Source: Felis catus (Eukaryota). Taken from it: a stretch of DNA of 64,000 nt. A program made the position numbers and the translations under genes. The notes beneath the pieces are model-generated. The model had not been told where the DNA came from and did no database searches. It saw nothing but the letters and a program-made list of their open reading frames with translations. The stretch covers positions 123,878,001 through 123,942,000 of the forward strand of contig NC_058368.1 in the NCBI RefSeq assembly GCF_018350175.1, given 5' to 3'. Below, piece by piece: positions 25,706 to 38,550 of the stretch (position 1 is the first letter of the stretch; each line of letters starts with the position of its first letter).

Positions 25706-28700
25706 ATGACTCTAAACCCATATCTTTCAATAACAACACTGAATGTAAATGGACTAAATGCTCCAACCAAAAGACATAGATATCAGAATGGATAAAAAAA
25801 AAAACAAGACCCATCTATTTGCTGTCTACAAGAGACTCATTTTAGACCTGAGAACACCTTCAGATTGAAAGTGAGGGGATGGAGAACTATCTATCATGCT
25901 TCTGGAAGTCCAAAGAATGCTGGACTAGCCATACTTATATCAGACAAACTAGACTTCAAATTAAAGGCTGTAACAAGAGATGAAGAAGGGCATTATATAA
26001 TAATTACAGGGTCAATCCATCAGGATGAGCTAACATTATAAACGTCTATGTGCCGAATACGGGAGCCCCCAAATATATAAAACAATTAATCACAAACATA
26101 AGCAACCTTATTGATAAGAATGTGGTAATTGCAGGGGACTTTAATACTCCACTTACAACATTGGATAGATCATCTAGACACAGGATCAATAAAGAAACAA
26201 GGGCCCTGAATGATACACTGGATCACATGGACTTGACAGATATATTGAGAACTCTGCATCCCAAAGCAACAGATATACTTTCTTCTCGAGTGCACATGGA
26301 ACCTTCTCCAAGATAGATCACATACTGGGTCACAAAACAGCCCTTCATAAGTATACAAGAATTGAGATCATACCATGCATACTTTCAGACCACAATGCTA
26401 TGAAGCTTGAAATCAACCACAGGAAAAAGTCTGGAAAACCTCCAAAAGCATGGAGGTTGAAGAACACCCTACTAAAGAATGAATGGATCAACCAGGTAAT
26501 TAGAGAAGAAATTAAAAAATATATGGAAACAAATGAAAATGAAAATAAAACAATCCAAACGTTTTGGGATGCAGCGAAGGCAGTCCTAAGAGGAAAATAC
26601 ATTGCAATCCAGGCCTATCTCAAGAAACAAGAAAAATCCCAAATACAAAATCTAACAGCACACCTAAAGGAAATAGAAGCAAAACAGCAAAGACACCCCA
26701 AATCCAGCAGAAGAAGAGAAATAATAAAGATTAGAGCAGAAATAAACAATATAGAATCTAAAAAAAACTGTAGAACAGATCAATGAAACCAAGAGTTGGT
26801 TTTTTGAAAAAATAAACAAAATTGACAAACCTTTAGCCAGGCTTCTCAAAAAGAAAAGGGAGATGACCCAAATAGATAAAATCATGAATGAAAATGGAAT
26901 TATTACAACCAATCCCTCAGAAATAATCAGGGAATACTATGAAAAATTATACGCCAACAAACTGGACAACCTGGAAGAAATGGACAAATTCCTAACCACC
27001 CACACACTTCCAAAACCCAAACAGGAAGAAATAGAAAGCTTGAACAGACCCATAACCAGTGAAGAAATTGAATCAGTTATCAAAAATCTCCCAACAAATA
27101 AGAGTCCAGTCCCAGATGGCTTCCCAGGGGAATTTACCAGACATTTAAAGCAGAGATAACACCTATCCTTCTCAAGCTATTCCAAAAAATAAGAAGGGAA
27201 GGAAAACTTCCAGACTCATCCAGACAGAATTAGTTTGATTCCTAAACCAGACAGAGACCCAGTAAAAAAAGAGAACTACAGGCCAACATCCCTGATGAAT
27301 ATGGATGCAAAAATTCTCAATAAGATACTACCAAATCTAATTCAAAAGCATATAAAAAGAATTATTCACCATGATCAAGTGGGATTCATTCCTGGGCTAC
27401 AGGGCTGGTTCAACATTCGCAAATCAATCAACGTGATACATCACATTAATAAAAGAAAAGAGAAGAACCATATGATCCTGTCAGTCGATGCACAAAAAGC
27501 ATTTGACAAAATTCAGCATCCTTCTTAATAAAAACCCTCGAGAAAGTCGGGATAGAAGGAACATACTTAAACATCATAAAAGCCATTTATAAGAAGCCCA
27601 CAGCTAACATCATCCTCAGTGGGGAAAAACAGCTTTCTTCCTGAGATCAGGAACACAAAAGGGATGTACACTCTCACTGCTGTTGTTTAACATAGTGTTG
27701 GAGGTTCTAGCATCAGCAGTCAGACAACGAATGGAAATCAAAGGTATCAAAATTGGCAAAGATGAAGTCAAGCTTTCACTTTTTGCAGATGACATGATAC
27801 TATACATGGAAAATCCGACAGACTCCACCAAGTCTGCTAGAACTGATACATGAATTTAGCAAAGTTGCAGGATACAAAATCAATGTACAGAAATCAGTTG
27901 CATTCTTATACACTAATAATGAAGCAACAGAAAGACAAATAAAGAAACTGATCCCATTCACAATTGCACCAAGAAGCATAAAATACCTAGGAATAAACCT
28001 AACCAAAGATGTACAAGACCTGTATGCTGAAAACTATAGAAAGCTTATGAAGGAAATTGAAGAAGATATAAAGAAATGGAAAGACATTCTGTGTTCATGG
28101 ATTGAAAGAATAAATATTGTCAAAATGTCAATATACTACCCAAAGCTATCTACACATTCAATGCAATCCCAATCAAAATTGCACCAGCATTCTTCTCGAA
28201 ACTACAACAAGCAATCCTAAAATTCATATGGAACCACAAAAGGCCCCAAATAGCCAAAGTCATTTTGAAGAAGAAGACCAAAGCAGGAGGCATCACAATC
28301 CCAGACTTTAGCCTCTACTACAAAGCTGTCATCATCAAGACACCATGGTATTGGCACAAAAGCAGACACATAGACCAATGGAATAGAATAGAAACCCCAG
28401 AACTAGACCCACAAACGTATGGCCAACTCATCTTTGACAAAGCAGGAAAGAACATCCAATGGAAAAGAGACAGTCTTTTTAACAAATGGTGCTGGGAGAA
28501 CTGGACAGCAACATGCAGAAGGTTGAAACTAGACCACTTTCTCACACCATTCACAAAAATAAACTCAAAATGGATAAAGGACCTGAATGTGAGACAGGAA
28601 ACCATCAAAACCTTAGAGGAGAAAGCAGGAAAAGACCTCTCTGACCTCAGCCCTAGCAATCTCTTACTCGACACATCCCCAAAGGCAAGGGAATTAAAAG

Positions 28701-29520
28701 CAAAAGTGAATTACTGGGACCTTATGAAGACAAAAAGCTTCTGCACAGCAAAGGAAACAACCAACAAAACTAAAAGGCAACCAACGGAATGGGAAAAGAT
28801 ATTTGCAAATGACATATCGGACAAAGGGCTAGTATCCAAAATCTACAAAATCTATAAAGAGCTCACCAAACTCCACACCCGAAAAACAAATAACCCAGTG
28901 AAGAAATGGGCAGAAAACATGAAAAGACACTTCTCTAAAGAAGACATCCGGATGGCCAACAGGCACATGAAAAGATGTTCAACGTCGCTCCTCATCAGGG
29001 AAATACAAATCAAAACCACACTCAGATATCACCTCACGCCAGTCAGAGTGGCCAAAATGAACAAATCAGGAGACTATAGATGCTGGAGAGGATGTGGAGA
29101 AACGGGAACCCTCTTGCACTGTTGGTGGGAATGCAAAGTGGTGCAGCCGCTCTGGAAAGCAGTGTGGAGGTTCCTCAGAAAATTAAAAATAGACCTGCCC
29201 TATGACCCAGCAATAGCACTGCTAGGAATTACCCAAGAGATACAGGAGTACTGATGCATAGGGGCACTTGTACCCCAATGTTTATAGCAGCACTCTCAAC
29301 AATAGCCAAATTATGGAAAGAGCCTAAATGTCCATCAACTGATGAATGGATAAAGAAATTGTGGTTTATATACACAATGGAGTACTACAGGGCAATGAGA
29401 AAGAATGAAATATGGCCTTTTGTAGCAACGTGGATGCAACTGGAGAGTGTGATGCTAAGTGAAATAAGCCATACAGAGAAAGATACCATATGGTTTCACT
29501 CTTATGTTGATCCTGAGAAA
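25706..29520 (+). pseudogene. L1 ORF2p remnant (endonuclease/reverse transcriptase), frameshifted
   Basis: Starts MTLNPYLSITTLNVNGLN; GDFNTPL endonuclease motif; LFADDMILY near 27780; C-terminal HCWWEC; broken into many ORF fragments. Confidence 0.93.
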
Positions 29521-30303
29521 CTTAACAGAAACCCATGGGGGAGGGGAAAGAAAAAAAAGAAAAAAAAGAGGTTAGAGTGGGAGAGAGAGCCAAAGCATAA
29601 GAGACTGTTAAAAACTGAGAACAAACTGAGGGTTGATGGGTGGTGGGAGGGATGGAGGGTAGGTGATGGGCATTGAAGAGGGCACCTTTTGGGATGAGCA
29701 CTGGGTGTTGTATGGAAGCTAATTTGACAATAAATTTCATATAATAATAATAAAAAAAAACAATAGCTAAATTATAGAAAGAGCCTAAATGTCCATCAAC
29801 TGATGAATGGATAAAGAAATTATGGTTTATGTACACAATGGAATACTACATGGCAATGAGAAAGAATGAAATATGGCCCTTTGTAGCAACATGGATGGAA
29901 CTGGACAGTGTTATGCTAAGTGAAATAAGTCATACAGAGAAGGACAGATTCCATGTTTTCACTCCTATGTGGATCCTGAGAAACTTAACAGAAGATCATG
30001 GGGGAGGGGAAGAAAACAAATGGTTAGAGAGGGAGGGAGCCAAAACATAATAGACTCCTAAAAACTGAGAACAATTTGAGGGTTTATGGGGGGTGGGAGG
30101 GAGGGGCGGGTGGGTGATGGGTATTGAGGGCACCTGTTGGGATGAGCACTGGGTGTTGTATGGAAACTAATTTGACAATAAATTTCATAATTAAAAAAAA
30201 AAGTCAATTGTGCCAAATTTGTTAATTCCTATTGTGATGGTAAGTTGCTATCAACAGCATGCTACATAGGTACAGAGCATATATTAAAAACCAAAAAGGC
30301 CTT

Positions 30304-30514
30304 GTGATGCTTGGGTGGCTCGATCAGTTAAGCATCCGACTTTGGTTCAGGTCATGACCTCGTGGTTTGTGAGCTGGAGCCCCACATCCGGCTCTGTGCT
30401 AACAGCTGAGAGCTTGCAGCCTGCTTCAAATTCTGTGTCTCCCTCTTTCTTTGCCCTTCCCCTACTCACACTGTGTCTCTCTCTCAAAAATAAATAAACA
30501 TTAAAAAAATTATA
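30304..30514 (+). mobile_element. CAN-SINE
   Basis: TSD aaaccaaaaag. Confidence 0.88.
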
Positions 30515-31018
30515 GAAACCAAAAAGCCCTCACATACTTAATCTATCTCCCTTCAAGGCACAGATGATATTTTGACAATGACTGAGAAAGTAGTTTTGCT
30601 TTTTAAAAATTCACATTGAACACAGAATATTCTGATAATGGATGTTTAGAAATTTTTCCATTTGTTACATGATTGTATTGCTGAAAATGATGTCTGTCAC
30701 CAATAAAAATTCATACCTGTAATTTTACATACATGGATGAAAATTTTTTAATATTTAAAAACTTCCAAAGTATGTAAATGGTCTTTAAGTCTGTTATTAA
30801 ACATAAAACAGTCAAAATAATAATTTTAATAATGGAGCAAATGACAACACTAGTTAGTATCTTTGTATTTCATGTAATACAAGTGTCAATCAGTATTTTC
30901 ACTAAAATGTTTATAGAGTACAAAATGTTTAAAAATCAGTGAAGTTAAACATTCAAAATATTTCAAATATGGAAATTTGCAAATATAAATCTTCAAATAA
31001 AACATAAGTTTATAACAC

Positions 31019-31215
31019 TTTTTTTTAAGTTTATTTATTTATTTTGAAAGAGAGAGAGAGAACAAGTGGAGGAGTGGCAGAAAGAGAGGGGGACAGAGGA
31101 TCCAAAGCAAGCTCTTTGCTGACAGCAGAGAGCCTGATGCAGGGCTCGAACTCACAAACCGTGAGATCATGACCTGAACCGAAGTCAGACACTTAACCGA
31201 GTGAATGACCGAGTC
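31019..31215 (-). mobile_element. CAN-SINE with a damaged head
   Basis: PolyT, (GA)n, ctcgaactcacaaaccgtgagatcatgacctga. Confidence 0.85.
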
Positions 31216-33923
31216 AGGTTTTTTTATATGAAATCTTTTTTATAAGCTTTATAAAAAGCTATAAAAGTTGATGAACTTTTTAATAAACATTTAAAAAAGT
31301 TATAATTCTAAAGTAAATTATTAGATAAGACTATATCTAATGTTTCTTTCCCCTTTGCTTCCTTGTACCCTGGTTACTTTCCAAACAGACACTTCTGAAA
31401 AAACTGGTCCAGAAGAACTTCAAGACCTTCCTGAAATATTTAGTGCCCCTTAAATGGAGTGTTCAGACTAGGTGGGCAGCTCCTCCACTCTGGCCAGAAG
31501 CTACGGAGTTGTAGCAGTTTTGATTTCTCCCACTTAACTTGGTAGGGATAGTTCTGTCTATTAAGTTCTCCCCTTCCCCAGCAGAGAGATTAGCCACCTC
31601 TGAAGATGCAACTGTCTTCCCCCCACCTTCTCCAGGTGTGTATATGTTGGGGAGTAAATGCTAGAACTGAGCTGAAAGTAGAGCCAGAATGATGTAAGAA
31701 ATGAAGGAGGAGAGAGTGGGGGATAATTTGGAGAGAGAACCAAAAAAGGGGAACAAAACTACTGGTTGTTTTCAAATTAACAGTATTAAAAAAACACTAG
31801 TATTTTGGACTTTAAAAATAGCATGGGATACTAGAATATACAAAATAGCACTGCAATCACTCAATGTAAGAATTGAGTGACATCAGGGAGGATGAAAATC
31901 TACCAAGTAAATTTCAACAAAAACTTCCACATAATTGCTGGATGAGACACAAATAAACTTCAAATCAGTTTGAATTACTGTGTAGCAAAATACTATAAAA
32001 TATTTTAAAGTAATAGAGCACATTCACTTATTATTGATAATACACATAAGTTTTAATATACTGTTCATAAATAAAATTTAATTATCAAGATTATATCTTA
32101 TAATTTCATGTTTTATAATGTACATAATAACGTTCAGAACTATAAGTACATACTTTGCAAATGAATACCCACACGTATGTACACACATACACATATTCAG
32201 TCCCATCATTTTTAGATTATTTTATTTTTTAACTGATAAGGGTGGTATGATGAAAAAATCAAATGTTAATTAACCCCTGGTTGAAAGTTATGGGTTCCTT
32301 ATTTTAGAATTCTAAGCTTTATTTAGCTGTAAGAACTTCATCAATACCATATGGACACAGAACTTCACCTGAATATTAATTCTCAGGCCTGTGTATCTTA
32401 ATTAAATATGGTTCTGCTAAGAATGAATTTCAAAATTCTTGAATTCAATGCAATTCAAGCTTTCACACTTTGGTTTAAGAGAATCTGTAAATTGTTTTAA
32501 TTCTACTGTCCTAAAAACAATTCTTTTAGGGCCACAAAATGAGCAGTAACAGCAATGTGAGGGTTTTTGTTTGTTTTTAGTATCAGCACTGAATTGAGGC
32601 TAAAAGAATTTAAAAAAATTTCAAGTTAGAAGCACTTGTATATAAATACTAATATATAGTTCTTCAATTTTTCTCTAGGTTGAAGTAAAACAGTAACACC
32701 ACCACACTCCATCCTTTCTTCTACTTAGAAAAAGCAGACCCAAAGGGAACATGGTGAGTAACTTCAACAAAGAAAGATTAGGAATATGGGGAATCTGGTT
32801 TTCAGTCTGTTAAGTCTGTTAACAATTCTCTAGTTGTATACCTGCAATTGGTTTCATCACTTTTGCAGTAATTATACCATTGCGCTAAATGTCTTTTGAC
32901 CATATACTTGGATACGTTAAAAATACTGAATAGACAGAGAAAGATGCCAATCCAATTCTTCACACCCTTTCCTCCCAATAAGACCTACTTGGACTTGACG
33001 CTAATGAGCACCAGTCAAACCAACTGGGATACTTCTTTCTTCAGGCTTCTCCAAATAACGTTAATGAGGGAGGAAGGGAAGAAAATAAAGCAGAACTAAC
33101 TCCAAGGTGACAAATAGCAAGATCAGATACAACATATAGATCTAGGGAAAACAGAAAGATCTAGGAAAAGAAGTGGAAGCAAATCATGTAAGCAGATAGG
33201 GATACAACAGAGAAGTTGAGCAAACAAAGACATTTGGAAAAAGAGGAAGGAGGAAAAAATATATAAGAACAAATATTTCAGAGAATAAAAGGATTCCGAT
33301 GGGACTAGAAATAAGATCTCATTTAAAGCATTTCTAGCTTAAATAGCATTCTCTGTAAGCATTTAGCAAAAAAGTGTTCCAGTGGGGGAAAAAAATAGTG
33401 GAGCATAGGGCGAAGGGTGAGAGAAGTGGACTGAAGAGGGAAAGGAGAGGGAAGAGAGTAGGAGGAAACAGAAGGAAGAGAGGGAGAGTATAGAAAGTAG
33501 TGCTACAACCAGCATGTTGGCCATCTGCTCTATGCTTCTGCTAAATCCCTTGTCCCATCTACTTAACACAGATGGCACGTTCCTCAAAATGTAATTTATG
33601 CAGGTCTGGAAACCAATCTTCCTGGGAAAACTACTTTTCTACCTTTTGTTGTACATCTCCATAATCCCAAACTATGAAACTACTAAGGCTCAGTAACCAC
33701 TTCCAATCACTATTATTGGGCCAGGATCTACCCTTACAAATAAACTCCTCACTTTGCTTTGTCAGTCCTTCTCTCCCCTAAAACCACAATTATTGCTATT
33801 CAGTATTATTGACAGATGAAACAGAAAGAGGCTAGCTTACATGTGTGCAAACTAGTTCACATTCTAAAAATCCAGGGGCCATAGCAACATGTATTGTAAG
33901 ACATCAGGAATGTTGCTTATTTT

Positions 33924-33963
33924 ATTTTTTTAATTTTTAAAATGTTTTTATATTTTAATTTTT

Positions 33964-33995
<32 letters not shown>

Positions 33996-34168
33996 GACAA
34001 AGCTTGAGCAGGGGAGGGGCACAGAGAGAAGGAGACAGAATCTGAAACAAGCTCCATGCTCCAAGCTATCAGCACAGAGCCCCACACAGGGCTTCAACCA
34101 GTGAACTACAGGATCATGACCTGAGCTATAGTTGGACGCTTAACTGACTGAGCCACCCAGATGCCCTA
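33924..34168 (-). mobile_element. CAN-SINE
   Basis: TSD gaatg(t/c)tgcttatttt. Confidence 0.9.
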
Positions 34169-35058
34169 GAATGCTGCTTATTTTAAATATCTACTTCTAC
34201 TCCACTGGCTTACCAGACCTCTTGCAATGTTATCAATTACAAAAATCTAACTTTTAGGTTATGCTTTTGTATTTCCAGGTTTGCCATATTAAAATGCAAA
34301 TAGCCATAGAAAGATAATAGACTAAATCTCTGACACATTAGATTGCTTTCCATTAAAATACCAAACAGAGAACAGATCCCTACAAGAACAGGACAGATAA
34401 GTACTGGTAAAAAGGGCTAAGGAAAAGTATGGTTTACCAAGCATTGCCTAAAAGAAAACTCCTGAGTGAATTCTTGCCCTGGGGAACACAGGGCATTCAG
34501 AGAAGAGCATGAAAGCTCTAGGCCCTAGGAAAAATGGAAAAGGAAATATTGGTAGAAGAAAACTGAAAAAGGAGAGCTCAAAACAAATTAACCACTTCAC
34601 AATTTGGTTTCAGGCTGGCTGGATTGTTCAACTCCCAAAGGGCATAATCCCAGAGTCGCAGCACAGTATGAAGCAATCCTGAATACCAGCTCTATCTTTG
34701 GGTTCCAGAAAGTCTGGGAAAAGCAGGAAAACAATCTCTTAGATGAGTGATTGCCAATGGAATATATCACATATGGCATAGGAGATTTCTAAACCTTTCT
34801 GTCCCTCCACCCACATTCCTAACTCCACCCCAAACCAGGTGAAAACTGAAGGGGGAGGAGAGGTGTGTAGAGAGAAAAGTGTACACATGTAGTCTGTAGC
34901 CTGCAGATGTTCCTCAAATGATCCAAATGGTAATGCCATGTATTCCTACTCTATGGTGACATGCTTCCTCTGCCATCTGACTAATTAGATCCCACTTCCA
35001 CCAATGTGATTGGTGAATCAGTTTTAAGAACTCTTTTGAACTGATACATGATTTTGCT

Positions 35059-35071
35059 TGCCACCTAGTGG
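35059..35071 (-). promoter_or_regulatory. CTCF core motif
   Basis: Minus strand reads CCACTAGGTGGCA, matching CCASYAGRKGGCR. Confidence 0.5.
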
Positions 35072-36779
35072 AGATAAAATTAATCACAAGCTGAACTGAG
35101 GCTAAGTAATCTAAAAGTATCCAATAGTTGTTTGCTATACTCTGACAGCCTAACATAGTTTCCCAAAGGGTGGCTACATGTAAGGATTTTTAGGTGGCAC
35201 AAGGATGAATGCTATCTTAACTACTTAATATTTACCTTAATGCACGTTAGAATAAAGTATAAACAATACTTAAAACACATGATTTCACAAACATGCACAG
35301 ATGAGGGTAAATTAAGCCTAATTTTAAAAAGTATAGATTTTAAAAATATATCTAAATTATATTACACAGGTAATACTATAATGGGACACCATCAAAACTA
35401 TACAGTGACTCAAAAATGACCAATGTTTTAGAAATAGTTGTCTAAGCTGGTTCTTCTGATAGAAGATAACTTCCCTCAGTATGTCTATTTTTTATGCATA
35501 TAAGTAATATAATCTTGTTATAGAAATAACAAAGTTTTTAGGTACTCCTACTTTTTTTCTCATCAAATAATAGTTTGTTTTTTTAAAGAGAAATTATTTC
35601 ACAGGGAAATTATCATTCATTACTGCTAAGTCTCTATAAATATTTGCCTTCCTTAAAACATGCTTACCTATGTAGTTATCCCATGATTGTCAATAGTTGA
35701 TTCTTTCTCATTTTGACAAGTTTTATTACAGAAAATATATTTCCATTTAATCTACACAGTTAAACAAATTCTCACAGAACTGTCTGAACTCCTGCCAACT
35801 TACTGCAATGGAATGCACTTTAATGACCTATGTTCTATTGTCACAGTGGTCAATTATCATAGAATTTAGAGGTTTTAAGAACATCGTGAGCATTCAATAA
35901 GCATTCATGAATTCTTGTATTCACTTGATGTTGGAATAAACAAGTGAAAATTGTAAGACTCTGATGGCTCTCTGATGGCTACTATATTTCTCATAAGAAA
36001 ATTTTCACATTGCCATCTGTAGTTTCAAGAAAGACTGAAGAACTAAGTATCTGGATAATAGAAATAGGATTATCAAGACTAGTTTAAACCAATCCTCCTC
36101 TATCTCCTGGATTGGAACCTATTGCCACAGTCAACAAAATTAAAATCCTGTTGGCAAGGAATAGGTAGGGTGGTTGAATAGTTGTTGGGTATTTACCACA
36201 CAGCATCTGCCACACCGCCCACCTCCTAACTTTCTCTCTGAGGAGGCAACCACTCTTACAGTTTACTACTTACTCTTCCAGAGTCACTTATACATATTGT
36301 ATCATATACAGTTTTTTTAATTTATTTTTACCCAAACTATGGTACTCTATACACACTATTCTTCATTTTTTTGATTTAACAAAGTAAGTTGAAGACTTGT
36401 TCCATTTTAATATGTAATAAAGCCACTTCTTTCTTTTTAATGGGGGAAAAATATTCCATTGTATCAATATGCCAAAATTTATTTATTCAGTCCTGTAAAA
36501 AAAGACATTTTGATGGTTTTAAATATTTTACTATTATTATAAAATAATGCATTAAACAACCTTGTACATATATTATTTGACATCGTGAGTTCATGCTTAC
36601 AAGTAGTGAAATTCCTGGGCCATATAAACTTTGGAATTGGCTGCTGGCATTTTGGGGCTGGGGGAAACACTAAATTATGGACTAAAATTAAAGAGCATGA
36701 CATTGTATTATTGTATTTTAGAATCCTTCCACTGAGTGCAAATTATGCTTTTTCATTATATGTCATATTTTACCAATTC

Positions 36780-37620
36780 TAACATATATACATTTCTAAA
36801 ATATGAATGCATCTCATAATCCCATAGACCTTTTAATCACTGTCAGCCAGGTGGCAGTCATAAAAGTAATTATTCCTGATGGTATGACAGGTAACTGTAA
36901 TTCCTGGTCACTTCACTCATCAAACCATTTAAGGACCATTTAAGAAGAAATATAAACGATGATATTGCCAGAAAACCTTTGGTGACACCTTCTGGAAAGA
37001 TCAGGAAAGTGCAAGCATCAAAACTAAAAGAAGGTGTCAGTGATTTGAAACAAAATTCTTTCAACAAATACTACATTATTAAAGTTCTTTTTTTTTTTTT
37101 TTAACGTTTATTTATTTTTGAGACATAGAGAGACAGAGCATGAACGGGGGAGGGTCAGAGAGAGAGGGAGACACAGAATCTGAAACAGGCTCCAGGCTCT
37201 GAGCCATCAGCACAGAGGCCCATGCGGGGCTGGAACGCACGGACGGTGAGATCATGACCTGAGCCGAAGTCGGACGCTCAACCGACTGAGCCACCCAGGC
37301 GCCCCGACATTATTAATGTTCTTAATGTTACAAAGGACAATTGTGTGTGGGAGGGGAAAAAACCAATTCTGATGACACCAAATTATAAAACTGATCGCAA
37401 AGAATCAGATTCGAAATGTGAAGCATTAGTAATATCTTACCTGATACATTTTGCTTATATTTTCATTTTTATAATTGCATAAGAGATATATGATAAAATA
37501 ACCAAAAATAAAAAAATAAGCTCAAGAATTCTTTCGGTAAATTAAAAAAAAAAAACATTCTCAGTCCTAAGAGACTATTACATCTGATGTACTGGTAGCA
37601 GTTTATCTTAGTATTGTATT
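36780..37620 (+). mobile_element. Fossil Tc1/mariner pogo/Tc2-type (Kanga-like) transposase C-terminal fragment, split by a SINE
   Basis: VIIPDGMTG/(Q)L*FL...KPFKDHLRR...TPSGKIRK...SFNKYYIINVLNVTKDNCVW resembles pogo-family IPGGxTxxLQxLDxxxxKPFK and SFKKCxIxNALDGTED. Confidence 0.7.
37088..37305 (-). mobile_element. CAN-SINE (SINEC_Fc type)
   Basis: TSD acattattaa(a/t)gttctt. Confidence 0.93.
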
Positions 37621-38319
37621 ACCAAAAAAAAAAGAACAGTTCAACTCATAATCAGCATGTCAGATTTGAAAAAAATACTCTGAATCTTACTTTAGATCCC
37701 TCAGTAGTATTTTAAAGTTCCTATCATGCAAATTTTGCACATGTAAATATTACTCATATATTTTTTCTTTTCTTCCATTACATTTTCTTACTAGAATACT
37801 ATTCATCTTTGCCTATTTTGTAAACAGCCACTTTACTGAATTCTCTATTTATAATAATTTTTCAGTGAATTCTTTTGGGCTTTCAAGGTATGCAATGAAA
37901 CAAAATTTAAACTCAAATTATCTTAAACTATCTGCTGGAATTTAAACTGAGTGAAGATAAAGACTATTTAATTTTACTGTTTTATCTCCAGCACTTAGCA
38001 TATTACCTTGTACAAAGCAGGTAATCAAAATATATTTGTTAAATGAATTACATAAATGCATCTCACTGTAAATCTCACCCCAACCCCTCCCACAACATAG
38101 ATGGTAAGCTGAGTCAAAAAAATCGGATACAAAAGAGGAAATAGTATTCATATTTTTTCTCTCCCACATACAAACATACAGATGCTATTAAGAAACTGGA
38201 TATTTTATATTCAAAGGATTGGATATTTTATATTCAAAGCTATACATTTTTGTTATATAATTGGATCTAGTTTAACAAAACCTTAATTGTGAAATAAATG
38301 TTTTATTTTAAACACTTAC

Positions 38320-38432
38320 CTTTTGGATCTTAGATCTGATGAATCGAACTGGATATTCATAGGTCCAGGATTTATTTCATGATCTACTTCAGGGATGAGA
38401 AGATGCCTAGAATCACTATCCATATTTGCCAT
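38320..38432 (-). CDS. SLC38A9: SLC38A9 coding exon 1 (start codon; [38 protein letters not shown]). Whole exon 38320-38466 includes 34 nt of 5'UTR
   Basis: Manual translation matches the SLC38A9 N-terminus as recalled. Acceptor atttatatag| at 38466/38467; donor AG|gtaagt at 38320/38319; 113 coding nt, ends phase 2. Confidence 0.95.
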
Positions 38433-38550
38433 TTTTCTTAGCCTCTAAGCACGGATGAAGTCAGTCCTATATAAATCAGAATGGATAAAAAATTAAAAAT
38501 TATTTTGCTACTAGTAAGTAATACATTTGCATGTATAAAGATACTGGAAA

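Larger units (their letters stand above)
23893..30197 (+). mobile_element. Full-length feline LINE-1 (inactive), antisense to SLC38A9, with two tandem 3' ends
   Basis: GC-rich 5'UTR, ORF1, ORF2 (EN, RT, Cys-rich domain), 3'UTR and A-tail. TSD aaaaagtcaa(c/t)tgtg at about 23878-23892 and 30198-30212. Confidence 0.95.
23530..30800 (+). mobile_element. Fossil hAT-Charlie transposase fragment, split by two SINEs and the full-length L1
   Basis: LLYHTEIYWL|SFGKI across the 23.6-kb SINE (compare Charlie HTEVRWLSRGK); LNLSLQG-like sequence resumes near 30540. Confidence 0.65.

Noticed and set aside
28265..29254. Longest ORF (329 aa) as an active or novel reverse-transcriptase-associated gene
   Set aside because: It is the C-terminal part of L1 ORF2. 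Upstream ORF2 and ORF1 carry frameshifts and stops, so the element is not autonomous.
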